From NCBI GenBank assembly GCA_963765495.1, contig CAVXWP010000007.1:1-64000 (forward strand): DNA of 64,000 nt, written 5' to 3'. Below are positions 8,649-17,901 of this stretch, in pieces. The notes under the pieces were generated by a model. The model saw only the letters and a list, made by a program, of their open reading frames with translations, searched no databases and had not been told where the DNA came from. The stretch comes from Blastocatellia bacterium. Its GTDB lineage: Bacteria > Acidobacteriota > Blastocatellia > UBA7656. Numbering within the stretch: the stretch's first letter is position 1; every line of letters starts with the position of its first letter. A program made the translations under genes and the position numbers.

Positions 8649-10700
8649 CTAGGCGAGGCCAATCGCTGTGATTATCACATCAATGATCTTGATTCCGATG
8701 AAGGGGACAACCAACCCGCCGAACCCGTAGACAGCCAGGTTGCGTCTCAGCAGCCGCGCCGCGCTCATCGGACGGTACCTGACCCCTTTGAGCGCAAGCG
8801 GGATCAAAACGACTATGATTAGCGCGTTGAAGATCACAGCCGAAAGAATCGCCGATTGCGGTGTCCGAAGGTCCATGATGTTCAAAGCGTTCAGCACAGG
8901 GAATGCAGTCGAAAACATCGCGGGGATGATCGCAAAGTATTTTGCTACGTCGTTGGAGATTGAAAACGTGGTCAGCGCCCCGCGCGTCATAAGCAGTTGC
9001 TTGCCTATCTCGACTATCTCGATCAACTTAGTCGGGTTTGAATCGAGATCAACCATATTGCCTGCCTCTTTCGCGGCCTGCGTCCCTGAGTTCATCGCCA
9101 CGCCGACATCGGCCTGAGCGAGCGCAGGCGCGTCATTCGTTCCGTCGCCTGTCATCGCAACCAGGTTGCCTTTCGATTGCTCGCGCTTGATTAGCGCCAT
9201 CTTGTCTTCGGGCTTTGCCTCGGCCAGAAAATCATCCACTCCCGCTTCGCGCGCAATCGAAGCGGCGGTGAGCGGGTTGTCGCCCGTTATCATCACGGTC
9301 TTTATGCCCATCGCGCGCAGTTGATCGAATCGTTCGCGCATCCCCCCCTTTACGATGTCTTTGAGGTGTATGACGCCGAGCGGCTTGCCCGTGTCGGCGA
9401 CGACAAGAGGCGTGCCGCCTGACTTCGCGATGCGGTCGGTTATCTCTCGTAACTCTCGCGGGACGGTCAGGCCCTTTTCGGCTATGTATTTTTCAATCGC
9501 GTCAACCGCGCCTTTGCGAATCTGGCGGCCATCGTAATCAACCCCTGACATACGCGTTTGAGCGGTGAAGGGAATGAAATGCGCCAGATGATTGTGAAGC
9601 TCGCGTCCTCGCATCGCGTATTTTTCTTTCGCAAGCACGACGATTGAGCGGCCTTCGGGCGTTTCATCTGAAAGCGAAGAGAGTTGAGCCGCGTCAGCCA
9701 GAGCCCGTTCATCTATGCCGGGAAGAGGTATGAACTTCGATGCCTGACGGTTGCCCAGAGTGATGGTCCCGGTCTTATCAAGCAACAGGGTATTGACATC
9801 GCCCGCCGCTTCTACCGCGCGGCCACTCATCGCAAGCACGTTATGTTGAATCAGACGATCCATTCCCGCTATCCCGATTGCCGAAAGCAATCCGCCGATG
9901 GTTGTAGGTATCAGACAGACCAGCAGCGCGACCAGCACAAAGATTGTTTGCGGCGAGCCTGAATAGACGGCGAAGGGTTGGAGCGTGACGACCGCGAGAA
10001 GAAATATTATCGTGAGTCCCGCAAGCAGGATGTTAAGCGCGATTTCGTTGGGCGTCTTTTGCCTTTCTGCGCCTTCTACGAGCGCGATCATTCGATCAAT
10101 AAAAGTCTCGCCGGGATTCGACGTGATGCGAATCTTTATTTGATCGGAAAGCACGCGGGTGCCGCCCGTGACAGCCGAGCGGTCGCCGCCAGCTTCGCGA
10201 ATCACAGGTGCAGATTCGCCAGTGATCGCAGATTCGTCAACCGAGGCGACACCCTCTATGACTTCGCCGTCGCCGGGAATAAACTCTCCGGCTGAGACTA
10301 CGACCACATCATCTTTCTTGAGTTTCGGTGCAGGGACATCTTCGGTCTCTCCGCCTGGCAACAGCCGGTGGGCTATGGTTTCGGTCTTTGCGCGTCGCAA
10401 GGTATCGGCCTGAGCCTTGCCGCGCCCTTCGGCCATCGCTTCCGCGAAGTTCGCAAAGATCACGGTGAACCATAGCCAGAGCGATATTTGCAACTCGAAG
10501 AGAACGTTGGTCACACCCGCGACCGGACGAGCGATGCCGCGAATGAGCAGGACGGTTGCAAGCGCTGCGCCCACTTCGACCACGAACATCACAGGGTTTC
10601 TCATCATCTTGCGGGGATTGAGCTTTATGAGCGAATCAATCAATGCGCGACGCATGATTTTCGGGTCCCAGATGGAAATCTTTTTTGCCTTTTCAGCCAT
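8649..10700 (-). CDS. kdpB: K+-transporting P-type ATPase subunit B
   Basis: 'DKTGT' phosphorylation site, 'TGES', 'TGDN', '[10 protein letters not shown]', 'NPVMFVV'. Confidence 0.98.
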   Translation of the reverse strand: MAEKAKKISIWDPKIMRRALIDSLIKLNPRKMMRNPVMFVVEVGAALATVLLIRGIARPVAGVTNVLFELQISLWLWFTVIFANFAEAMAEGRGKAQADTLRRAKTETIAHRLLPGGETEDVPAPKLKKDDVVVVSAGEFIPGDGEVIEGVASVDESAITGESAPVIREAGGDRSAVTGGTRVLSDQIKIRITSNPGETFIDRMIALVEGAERQKTPNEIALNILLAGLTIIFLLAVVTLQPFAVYSGSPQTIFVLVALLVCLIPTTIGGLLSAIGIAGMDRLIQHNVLAMSGRAVEAAGDVNTLLLDKTGTITLGNRQASKFIPLPGIDERALADAAQLSSLSDETPEGRSIVVLAKEKYAMRGRELHNHLAHFIPFTAQTRMSGVDYDGRQIRKGAVDAIEKYIAEKGLTVPRELREITDRIAKSGGTPLVVADTGKPLGVIHLKDIVKGGMRERFDQLRAMGIKTVMITGDNPLTAASIAREAGVDDFLAEAKPEDKMALIKREQSKGNLVAMTGDGTNDAPALAQADVGVAMNSGTQAAKEAGNMVDLDSNPTKLIEIVEIGKQLLMTRGALTTFSISNDVAKYFAIIPAMFSTAFPVLNALNIMDLRTPQSAILSAVIFNALIIVVLIPLALKGVRYRPMSAARLLRRNLAVYGFGGLVVPFIGIKIIDVIITAIGLA

Positions 10701-10708
10701 TTCTAACC

Positions 10709-12502
10709 TCAGAAAGTCTGTCCCGCCCCCATCAGCAGATGCTCAACAATAGGGCCAAGGCTCAGCACGGGAAAAAAGGTCAATGCGCCAACGATCAGGA
10801 TCACGCCAATCAACAACACGACAAACAACGGCGTAGTGACGGGGAACGTGCCGAGCGAAGGGGGCACTGCTTTTTTGGCCGCGAGACTGCCCGCAATCGC
10901 CATCATCGGAATAATCATGAAGTATCGCCCGAAGAGCATCGCCAATCCGTTGGTCGTATTGTAGAAGGGGGTATTGGCGTTGAGACCGGCGAAGGCCGAG
11001 CCGTTGTTTCCTGTCCCCGATGTGAAGGCGTAGAGAATCTCAGAGAGTCCGTGCGGCCCCAGATTGTTGCGCGATTGAAGGCCCATATTCGTGACGCTCG
11101 CCCAGGCTGTGAGTACCAGTATGAAGAATGCAAAGATCAGCACGTAGAGCATCGCCAGTTTTACCTCTTTCGCCTCGATCTTCTTGCCCAGATATTCCGG
11201 GGTGCGCCCTACCATCAGCCCTGCGATGAATACGGTCAGCACAACCATCACAAGCATGCCATATAACCCTGCGCCCACCCCGCCGAAGATGATTTCGCCA
11301 AGCAGTATGTCGAGCAACGGGATCATACCTCCGAGCGGCGTATACGAGTCGTGCATCGAGTTGACCGAGCCATTCGAGGCGTCGGTCGTCGCCACGGCCC
11401 AAAGCGTGGAATTCAAGATTCCATACCTCACTTCCTTGCCTTCCATGTTGCCGCCCGCTTGCTCGTGTCCAGCGGTCTCAACCGCTGCCTGCGTCACCCC
11501 ATACCGATTGAAGATGGGATTGCCGCGCGCTTCGTAGTAGTAGGTGACGAAGACACCTGCGAGAAACAGTATCGCCATCGCACAGAATACGGCCCAGCCA
11601 TGCCGCTGATTGCCGACCATTCGACCGAAGGTATACGTAAGACCCGAAGAAATAGCGAGGATAGCCAGCATTTCAAAGAAATTCGAGAGAGGCGTCGGGT
11701 TTTCAAAAGGGTGAGACGAGTTGACGTTGAAGAAACCTCCGCCGTTCGTGCCCAGTTGCTTGATGGCGATCTGAGAAGCGGCTGGTCCCTGCGCGATTGT
11801 CTGATCGGTTACTGTTTCCTTGACCTCATTTCCGGTCCCATAATCGGTTCTCGTGACCACTTGCGGTTCGACCAGTCGAGCATCCGTGTAAGGCTTGAAG
11901 TTTTGAACCACGCCCTGAGAGACCAGAAAGAGCGCCCCGATAAGCGAAAGCGGCAGCAAGACGTAAAGTGAGGCGCGCACCATGTCCACCCAGAAATTGC
12001 CTACCGTCTTTGCCTCGCGGCGGGCAATGCCGCGAACAAGAGCAATGGCCACGGCAATGCCGGTAGCGGCTGAAACGAAATTTTGCAATGTCAGCCCGGC
12101 CACCTGCGTAAAGTAGCTCATAGTCGTTTCGCCGCTGTAACCTTGCCAGTTCGTGTTGCTCGTAAAACTGATTGCTGTATTAAAGGACGAATCGGGGCTG
12201 ACGCCGGCCAGACCTTGCGGGTTGAACGGCAGGTAATATTGAAATCGCTGAAGACAATACAATACAAGCAAGCCGATAAGATTGAACATCAGCATGGCTG
12301 CCGTGTATGTAGTCCAGTGCTGCTCCTGACTTGCGTCCACACGGCAAAGGCGATAAATCAGCCGTTCTACCGGGCCAAGCACCCGATTCATGAAAGTCTT
12401 ATCCCCGGAGAAGACTCTGGCCATGTAGATGCCGAGCGGCCTGGTAATGGCGAGCAGCACCAGAAAGAAGACCATGAGTTGTAACAGTCCGTTGAGTGTC
12501 AT
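10709..12502 (-). CDS. kdpA: K+-transporting ATPase subunit A
   Basis: '[10 protein letters not shown]', '[11 protein letters not shown]', '[15 protein letters not shown]', 'NNGSAFAGL'. Start at ATG 12502 with a GGGGAG SD. Confidence 0.98.
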   Translation of the reverse strand: MTLNGLLQLMVFFLVLLAITRPLGIYMARVFSGDKTFMNRVLGPVERLIYRLCRVDASQEQHWTTYTAAMLMFNLIGLLVLYCLQRFQYYLPFNPQGLAGVSPDSSFNTAISFTSNTNWQGYSGETTMSYFTQVAGLTLQNFVSAATGIAVAIALVRGIARREAKTVGNFWVDMVRASLYVLLPLSLIGALFLVSQGVVQNFKPYTDARLVEPQVVTRTDYGTGNEVKETVTDQTIAQGPAASQIAIKQLGTNGGGFFNVNSSHPFENPTPLSNFFEMLAILAISSGLTYTFGRMVGNQRHGWAVFCAMAILFLAGVFVTYYYEARGNPIFNRYGVTQAAVETAGHEQAGGNMEGKEVRYGILNSTLWAVATTDASNGSVNSMHDSYTPLGGMIPLLDILLGEIIFGGVGAGLYGMLVMVVLTVFIAGLMVGRTPEYLGKKIEAKEVKLAMLYVLIFAFFILVLTAWASVTNMGLQSRNNLGPHGLSEILYAFTSGTGNNGSAFAGLNANTPFYNTTNGLAMLFGRYFMIIPMMAIAGSLAAKKAVPPSLGTFPVTTPLFVVLLIGVILIVGALTFFPVLSLGPIVEHLLMGAGQTF

Positions 12503-12591
12503 TTCATCTCCCCACGACAACAGTGACAAATGACGAGTAACAGAAGCAGGTTGCAAGCGCGGTTTTCTAACACTGTCACTCGTGACGTTAG

Positions 12592-12681
12592 CTAAAATTT
12601 CTCAGGCTTGAGCAGCCCGTATATGAGATATGCAAGCAAAAGCAGAACGATCAATCCGCTTATTATGTATTCGATGTTCAT
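12592..12681 (-). CDS. kdpF: KdpF small subunit (29 aa); possibly also made as a 60-aa two-TM form from ATG 12774
   Basis: MNIEYIISGLIVLLLLAYLIYGLLKPEKF matches the KdpF 'YL.Y.LL.PE.F' pattern; AAGGA SD; directly upstream of kdpA. Confidence 0.9.
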   Translation of the reverse strand: MNIEYIISGLIVLLLLAYLIYGLLKPEKF

Positions 12682-12786
12682 GACATCTTCCTTATTCTCT
12701 GCTTCCTTCCGAAAGGCTAAGAAATAGAGGCTCAGAGTAGATATGCCAACCATTATCCAACCGACGGTTTTCATGCTCGCTCCTGT

Positions 12787-12870
12787 TCAGACGCGCTCGC
12801 AAAAACGCACATACCAGAACGACAGGGCAAAGAAGGCGAAAACTACTGCAATGAAAATGATGTCTCTCAT
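12787..12870 (-). CDS. 27-aa hydrophobic peptide upstream of kdpF
   Basis: MRDIIFIAVVFAFFALSFWYVRFCERV, single TM, GGAG SD. It resembles the 'MxD...FF.....Y...C..L' peptides I recall preceding kdpF. Confidence 0.75.
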   Translation of the reverse strand: MRDIIFIAVVFAFFALSFWYVRFCERV

Positions 12871-13017
12871 TTCTACATCTCCATATCTATCTTTTCTGTT
12901 ATTTCCTTTAGCATCAGTGAACTCGCTTTCAGTTGAAATTGATCCCGATGGCTGTGTAGAAGAAATGATTGCCGCTCCTGGCCCCGGTATTATCGATAGA
13001 GTAGCCAATATAACCCG

Positions 13018-13179
13018 TCACTCGCGGGTGTGGCTTGAAGTTGAAGCCGGGCGTAAAGTATCCGCTCGCATGCTTGCGGGGTTTCTTCTTTTGTCGATAG
13101 TAAGGATGAAGTGACGCAACAACAATAATAAAACAGCCGCTACCATAGCGATGGCTATGGCCAATAAATCTCTGCCCAT
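13018..13179 (-). CDS. 53-aa single-TM small protein, first ORF of the kdp transcript
   Basis: MGRDLLAIAIAMVAAVLLLLLRHF..., strong SD (CAGGAGACTAAAATG), just downstream of the KdpE-box promoter. Confidence 0.6.
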   Translation of the reverse strand: MGRDLLAIAIAMVAAVLLLLLRHFILTIDKRRNPASMRADTLRPASTSSHTRE

Positions 13180-13232
13180 TTTAGTCTCCTGTGGCTTTAG
13201 CCGTTTCAATGTCTGGCTTCGGCCACATTTTT

Positions 13233-13287
13233 AGGCTAACACTCGGAGCATAAGGATGGTGTAAAAGGTTTATAAAAAGTTCATAAG
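13233..13287 (-). promoter_or_regulatory. KdpE-type binding array plus -10 TAGCCT for the kdp operon
   Basis: Minus-strand CTTATG/TTTATA/TTTACA/CTTATG at 11-bp spacing (13282, 13271, 13260, 13249), then 10 nt to TAGCCT. TTTATA-N5-TTTACA matches the E. coli KdpE site pattern. Confidence 0.82.
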
Positions 13288-13313
13288 GGCTGATGTGGGT
13301 CAGAAGGAAGTGT

Positions 13314-14015
13314 TCAGACGCCAGGGTTAAAGCGATAGCCAATCCAGGGCTCGGTCAGAATATAGCGCGGTGTGGCCGGGTCGGCTTCGATTTTTTTTCT
13401 AAGTTGCCCGATGAAGACTCGCAGGTATTCGGTCTGCTCGACGTAGTTGCCACCCCACGCGGCAACAAGCAGCGCGCGGTGAGTCAAAACCTTGCCATTA
13501 TGGCGAATCATATAAATCAACAGATCGTATTCTTTAGGCGTGAGATGTACTTCATGACCCTTAACGGTGACGCTATAGGCTTCAAGATCAACACGGAAGT
13601 CTCCCTCCTCCAAAACGGTCGAGGCTGCATTGTCAGCATGAGGTTCAGGCGCGCGACGCAAGGCCGCTCGAATCCGCGCGAGCAGTTCGTCCATGCCAAA
13701 CGGCTTTGTTACATAATCATCTGCGCCCGCATCCAATGCCTCGACCTTCATCTGCTCTTCGCCGCGAACCGAGAGCACGATTATTGGAACCGGCGAGATA
13801 GCACGCAATCGGCGGCATAGCTCGATGCCGTTTACATTCGGCATCGCAAGATCGGTGATAACGAGGTCGGCAGGCCAATCGCCAAATGTTTCAAGCGCGC
13901 TCTGCCCGTCGGCTGCGCTACGCACATCATAGCCGTGTGTGGTCAGGCTTCTTCTGAGCACGCGAGTGATTTGCGGCTCATCGTCCACGATTAAAATCCG
14001 CTTCTTCTCATTCAT
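13314..14015 (-). CDS. kdpE: Response regulator KdpE (OmpR family)
   Basis: REC domain ('DDEPQI', '[14 protein letters not shown]') plus wHTH ('YLRVFIGQLRKKIE', 'TEPWIGYRF'); located in the kdp locus. Confidence 0.95.
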   Translation of the reverse strand: MNEKKRILIVDDEPQITRVLRRSLTTHGYDVRSAADGQSALETFGDWPADLVITDLAMPNVNGIELCRRLRAISPVPIIVLSVRGEEQMKVEALDAGADDYVTKPFGMDELLARIRAALRRAPEPHADNAASTVLEEGDFRVDLEAYSVTVKGHEVHLTPKEYDLLIYMIRHNGKVLTHRALLVAAWGGNYVEQTEYLRVFIGQLRKKIEADPATPRYILTEPWIGYRFNPGV

Positions 14016-14051
14016 AGTTTCAGCCCAAAAGAGGCGATTGACTACGCCTGC

Positions 14052-15248
14052 TCAAACATTATCCCCGGAAGCAACCTGTTTCAATCTTTCTGAAGCAGAT
14101 TCTTCTTCCTCGCCTATAGGTAGCGTGAAGACGACGCATGTTCCGCGCCCATCTTCTCCGTCTTCGACCCAGATGCGACCGCCATGCGCTTCGACAATTC
14201 CTCGCGCGATGGCCAGCCCCATCCCGATCCCCGAAGCACGATTCACACCTGAGTCACCGTCTCGCATTGCGCGAAAGAATTTATCGAATACTCGGTCGCG
14301 CATTTCAACAGGAATGCCCGGACCTTGATCTTCAACCGATAGCCTCAGCATTTGCTCGTCAACACGACTCGCCGCGACGCGGATGCGCGTTCCCGCCGGG
14401 GAATATTTTGCGGCGTTGTCAACGAGCGTATAGATGACCTCGGCGACGGCCCTCGCATCAATCCGCGCAAGGGGCAATTCTTTCTCAATCGCCACTTCGA
14501 TCGTGTGAAGGCGAGTGAGCGATTCGGCCCGCTCAAGCACCGCAAGAACTATCTCGTCAATCGCCCCCCATCGGCGTCTGAGATGCATCTCACCGGCTTC
14601 TATGCGCGCAAGTTCCAGAAGGCTTTCGACAAAACGGTTGAGGCGATCCGTTTCCTCATCTATTACCTCAAGCATCTCTTGCCTGCCTTCGCGGTCGAGA
14701 GAGATAGCCTCGTCCGTTTTCGAGCGCAATTCATCAAGCAAGGTGGTGACAGATGCTTTGATCGAGGTGAGCGGAGTGCGAATGTCGTGCGTTACCGCGT
14801 CGAGCAAAGCCGATTTCAACTTCTCGCTTTGCTTGAGAGCCTCGGCGTGACTGGCCCGCTCGAAAGCATCCTGAAGCTCTTTGTACAGGCGCTCGATCTC
14901 GTGCCGTCCGGCTTCAGCCTCTTCGGCGCGTCGCTTCACGCGAGAAGAAAGCTCTCCGGCGGTGACGGCAGTTATCAGGTAGACGGCAAGCGCAATCCAG
15001 TTGTCCAGATCCGCGATTGTGAATGTGTGCACCGGAGGCAGGAAGAAGAAATTGAAGCACAACATGCTGAGCAGCGAAGCCACGACAGCCGGGCGCGACC
15101 CCCATCGAGTTGCCATGAAAAGAACGATCAACAACAGCGAGAGCGCAACAGTGGTCGAGTTGATATGGCTGCCGAGCAATTTGAGCGCAGCCGTGGCGAC
15201 AGCGATTGAAAGGCCCGCTATAACGTATCCAGCAACGCTCTTTTGCAT
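14052..15248 (-). CDS. kdpD: KdpD C-terminal half: 4-TM (DUF4118-like) domain + HisKA + HATPase, no GAF
   Basis: 'CFNFFFLPPVHTFTI' TM signature, intact H-box 'VTHDIRTPL', 'NAAKYS', 'DQGPGI', 'GMGLAI'. Start uncertain; ATG 15248 has a GAGG SD. Confidence 0.9.
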   Translation of the reverse strand: MQKSVAGYVIAGLSIAVATAALKLLGSHINSTTVALSLLLIVLFMATRWGSRPAVVASLLSMLCFNFFFLPPVHTFTIADLDNWIALAVYLITAVTAGELSSRVKRRAEEAEAGRHEIERLYKELQDAFERASHAEALKQSEKLKSALLDAVTHDIRTPLTSIKASVTTLLDELRSKTDEAISLDREGRQEMLEVIDEETDRLNRFVESLLELARIEAGEMHLRRRWGAIDEIVLAVLERAESLTRLHTIEVAIEKELPLARIDARAVAEVIYTLVDNAAKYSPAGTRIRVAASRVDEQMLRLSVEDQGPGIPVEMRDRVFDKFFRAMRDGDSGVNRASGIGMGLAIARGIVEAHGGRIWVEDGEDGRGTCVVFTLPIGEEEESASERLKQVASGDNV

Positions 15249-15553
15249 TTCTGCCTCGCGCATGGTTTGCATTATACGACGAGGCAACCGAGTGAACATA
15301 GCAGGGCTGCAATCAAATGGCTCATTCGAGGATTGCACAATAATCGTCTTTCGATGAAATGTGTCTTGCGCGATCGTCGCATGCTTTGTCACGTGACTAC
15401 GGTCAAAAACGCCCTGTCACAGCATAAAACACGGCGGCGCGCTAGAGTCCGATACTTGCTCGCTTAGAGAGTTACAGGGTCATTCAGTTTTTGAATTGCG
15501 GGCAACATGCGTCAGGCGTTTTGGCAGGTTAATTTGAATGTAAGGCGAATTGA

Positions 15554-15580
15554 AATAGGCCGGGATGGACGCGGCCTATT
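15554..15580. repeat. Internally deleted copy of the AATAGGCC...GGCCTATT palindromic element
   Basis: aataggccgggatggacgcggcctatt has the same termini as the element at 57823-57940. Confidence 0.6.
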
Positions 15581-15663
15581 CCCCTTTTCCATATGCTACA
15601 TTTTGAGAAACTGAATGGTCCTGAGAGAGTTAAGTCCTTTGCCATCAGGCGACTACAAAGGAC

Positions 15664-15693
15664 TTGCAAATACAGAATAACACACGTTATCAT
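15664..15693 (+). promoter_or_regulatory. Candidate sigma70 promoter for the first GH51 gene
   Basis: TTGCAA-N18-TATCAT. A 10-bp inverted repeat (AAGTCCTTTG/CAAAGGACTT, 15632-15665) abuts the -35. Confidence 0.4.
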
Positions 15694-15823
15694 TCGGCTT
15701 TGAGTTTTATCACGATAGGGGGCTGCGGCTCAAATCCGTACGTGCCTATTCACTTATTTTGAATACCTAGAGTCCTCTCCTCTTTCAAGTCGTTTGTCGA
15801 ATAGGGATACAGGGGAAAACCGA

Positions 15824-17869
15824 ATGAGATGTTCTTCTCCTATCTCGTATCTCGCAACCTTCTCCAAAAGTCTGTTCCCGAAATGCTGGCTCACATTGGC
15901 CTTGATCTTCGGATTGCTTTCCTGGCAACCCCTGAGCGCCGCTCAGTCAGCTCGCGCCCGCATCGCGATTGATGCCGGCAAGGTCGAAGGCCGGATAAGT
16001 CCTATGCTCTACGGTCAGTTCGCCGAGTTTATGTTCGAAGGAATCAAAGGCGGCTTGCACGCCGAATTGATCCGTAACCGAAGCTTCGAGGAACCGGCCA
16101 GTGTCACAGGTCTTTCGCGTTACTGGGAACGCTATCCCGACGACCGCAATGATGATTATGCAATATCTTTCGGATGGGATCAGACAGTCTCTTATCCGGT
16201 TCGCAATCGTTCGGAAAAAGATACGGTCGAGCACTCTCTCCGAATAGAGGCCGGTGACGGAGTAGTAGAGCCGCACGGCGTTTATCAAAGCCGCGTGCCT
16301 GTGCGGCAGGGAACAAGCTTCCACGGTTACCTCTGGCTTAAGTCTGCCGACTTTGCCGGACACCTGACCGTGTCGCTCGAAGCGGACTGGACAGGCGGTG
16401 AGATGTATGCGGCGACAGACATCAAAGGTATTGCCGGGGATTGGAAGAGATACGAATTTACGCTCACACCGTCAAAGAGCGACCCGCTTGCCCGTTTTGC
16501 CATTCTTGTGAAGGGACGCGGGCGGCTCTGGCTCGATCAGGTTTCGCTACTCCCCGGCGATGCCCAGGACGGCGTGCGCAAAGATGTTTATGAAAAGGTG
16601 AGGGTGTTACATCCGGCCTTTATCCGCTGGCCCGGCGGCAATGTGGCGCAGGATTATCACTGGCAGTGGGGCATCGGACCACGTGATGAACGCGTCACGT
16701 GGGTGAATCTGTCGTGGAAGAATGAGGCCGAGCCGAGCGATTTCGGCACCGACGAGTTTATCCGTTTCTGTCGCGACATCGGAGCCGAGCCTTCACTGAC
16801 GGTGAATGTCGAGGGGGGCGGCGCGACCGCCGAAGAAGCCGCCCGATGGGTGGAGTACTGCAACGGCCCGATGACATCTCCTTACGGCGCGATACGCGCT
16901 CGCAACGGACACCCGGAGCCTTACGGGGTCAGATACTGGGAGATCGGTAACGAGATATGGGGCGACTGGGTACGGGGCCATTCCGATGCCGAAACGTATG
17001 CGCGCAATTTCAATCGCTATTACGCGGCCATGAAACAGGTTGACCCGAATATTCAATTCATCGCCGTAGGCGATAACGATATGGAATGGAATCGCACGGT
17101 ATTGCGTCTGGCCGGTGAGCGCATCGATTTTCTGGCGATTCATCACTATTACGGCAGACGGGAGATGGCGGGCGACCCGCTCAATTTGATGGCGCGCCCG
17201 CTCTTTTACGAACGCTTTTATAAACAGGTCGGGCAGTTGATTCGCGAGATAGTTCCCAATCGAAAGATCAAGCTCAATATTAACGAATGGGGCCTGGATT
17301 TGCCGGAACGCCGACAGTACTCGATTGAATCGGCGCTTTACGGTGCGCGGCTGATGAATGTATTCGAGCGTTCAGGTGATCTGGTCGCGATGAGCGCGGT
17401 TTCCGATCTGATAAACGGCTGGCCGGGAGGCATCATTCAGGCGAGCAGACACGGTCTGTTTGTGACTCCAAACTATCTGGTCAATAAACTTTATAACACG
17501 CATCTGGGAGCGGAACGCCTCGCTTCTGTTGTCGAAAGCCCTGGATTTGACAGCAGCAGAGAAGGGAAAAGCGTGTCTTATCTGGATGCGGTTGTCAGCC
17601 GCACGTCTGACGGCAAACAGATTTTTATCAAGGCGGTCAATACCGATCCAGCGAGTCCCCTGCAAACGAGCATCGGCTTAACCGGAGTTCGAGTCGCCAC
17701 GCGCGCGCGGGTGGAAACCATTACGGCAGCCTCTCTCGAAAGCGTCGCGAGCTTCACGACGCCCGACGCGGTCTTCGTAAAAACGTCGGAGGTGAGCGCG
17801 GGCAGCAACTTCACAATTGATCTGCCAGCGCACTCCATCTCGGTGATTACGCTTGATGTGATTCGGTGA
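15824..17869 (+). CDS. Secreted GH51 alpha-L-arabinofuranosidase
   Basis: Signal peptide; 'LYGQFAE', 'IRWPGGN', 'FGTDEF', acid/base 'IGNE', nucleophile 'INEW'. Confidence 0.9.
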   Translation: MRCSSPISYLATFSKSLFPKCWLTLALIFGLLSWQPLSAAQSARARIAIDAGKVEGRISPMLYGQFAEFMFEGIKGGLHAELIRNRSFEEPASVTGLSRYWERYPDDRNDDYAISFGWDQTVSYPVRNRSEKDTVEHSLRIEAGDGVVEPHGVYQSRVPVRQGTSFHGYLWLKSADFAGHLTVSLEADWTGGEMYAATDIKGIAGDWKRYEFTLTPSKSDPLARFAILVKGRGRLWLDQVSLLPGDAQDGVRKDVYEKVRVLHPAFIRWPGGNVAQDYHWQWGIGPRDERVTWVNLSWKNEAEPSDFGTDEFIRFCRDIGAEPSLTVNVEGGGATAEEAARWVEYCNGPMTSPYGAIRARNGHPEPYGVRYWEIGNEIWGDWVRGHSDAETYARNFNRYYAAMKQVDPNIQFIAVGDNDMEWNRTVLRLAGERIDFLAIHHYYGRREMAGDPLNLMARPLFYERFYKQVGQLIREIVPNRKIKLNINEWGLDLPERRQYSIESALYGARLMNVFERSGDLVAMSAVSDLINGWPGGIIQASRHGLFVTPNYLVNKLYNTHLGAERLASVVESPGFDSSREGKSVSYLDAVVSRTSDGKQIFIKAVNTDPASPLQTSIGLTGVRVATRARVETITAASLESVASFTTPDAVFVKTSEVSAGSNFTIDLPAHSISVITLDVIR

Positions 17870-17901
17870 ATAAAATTCGGTATTGACGAGCAGAGCGATC
17901 T

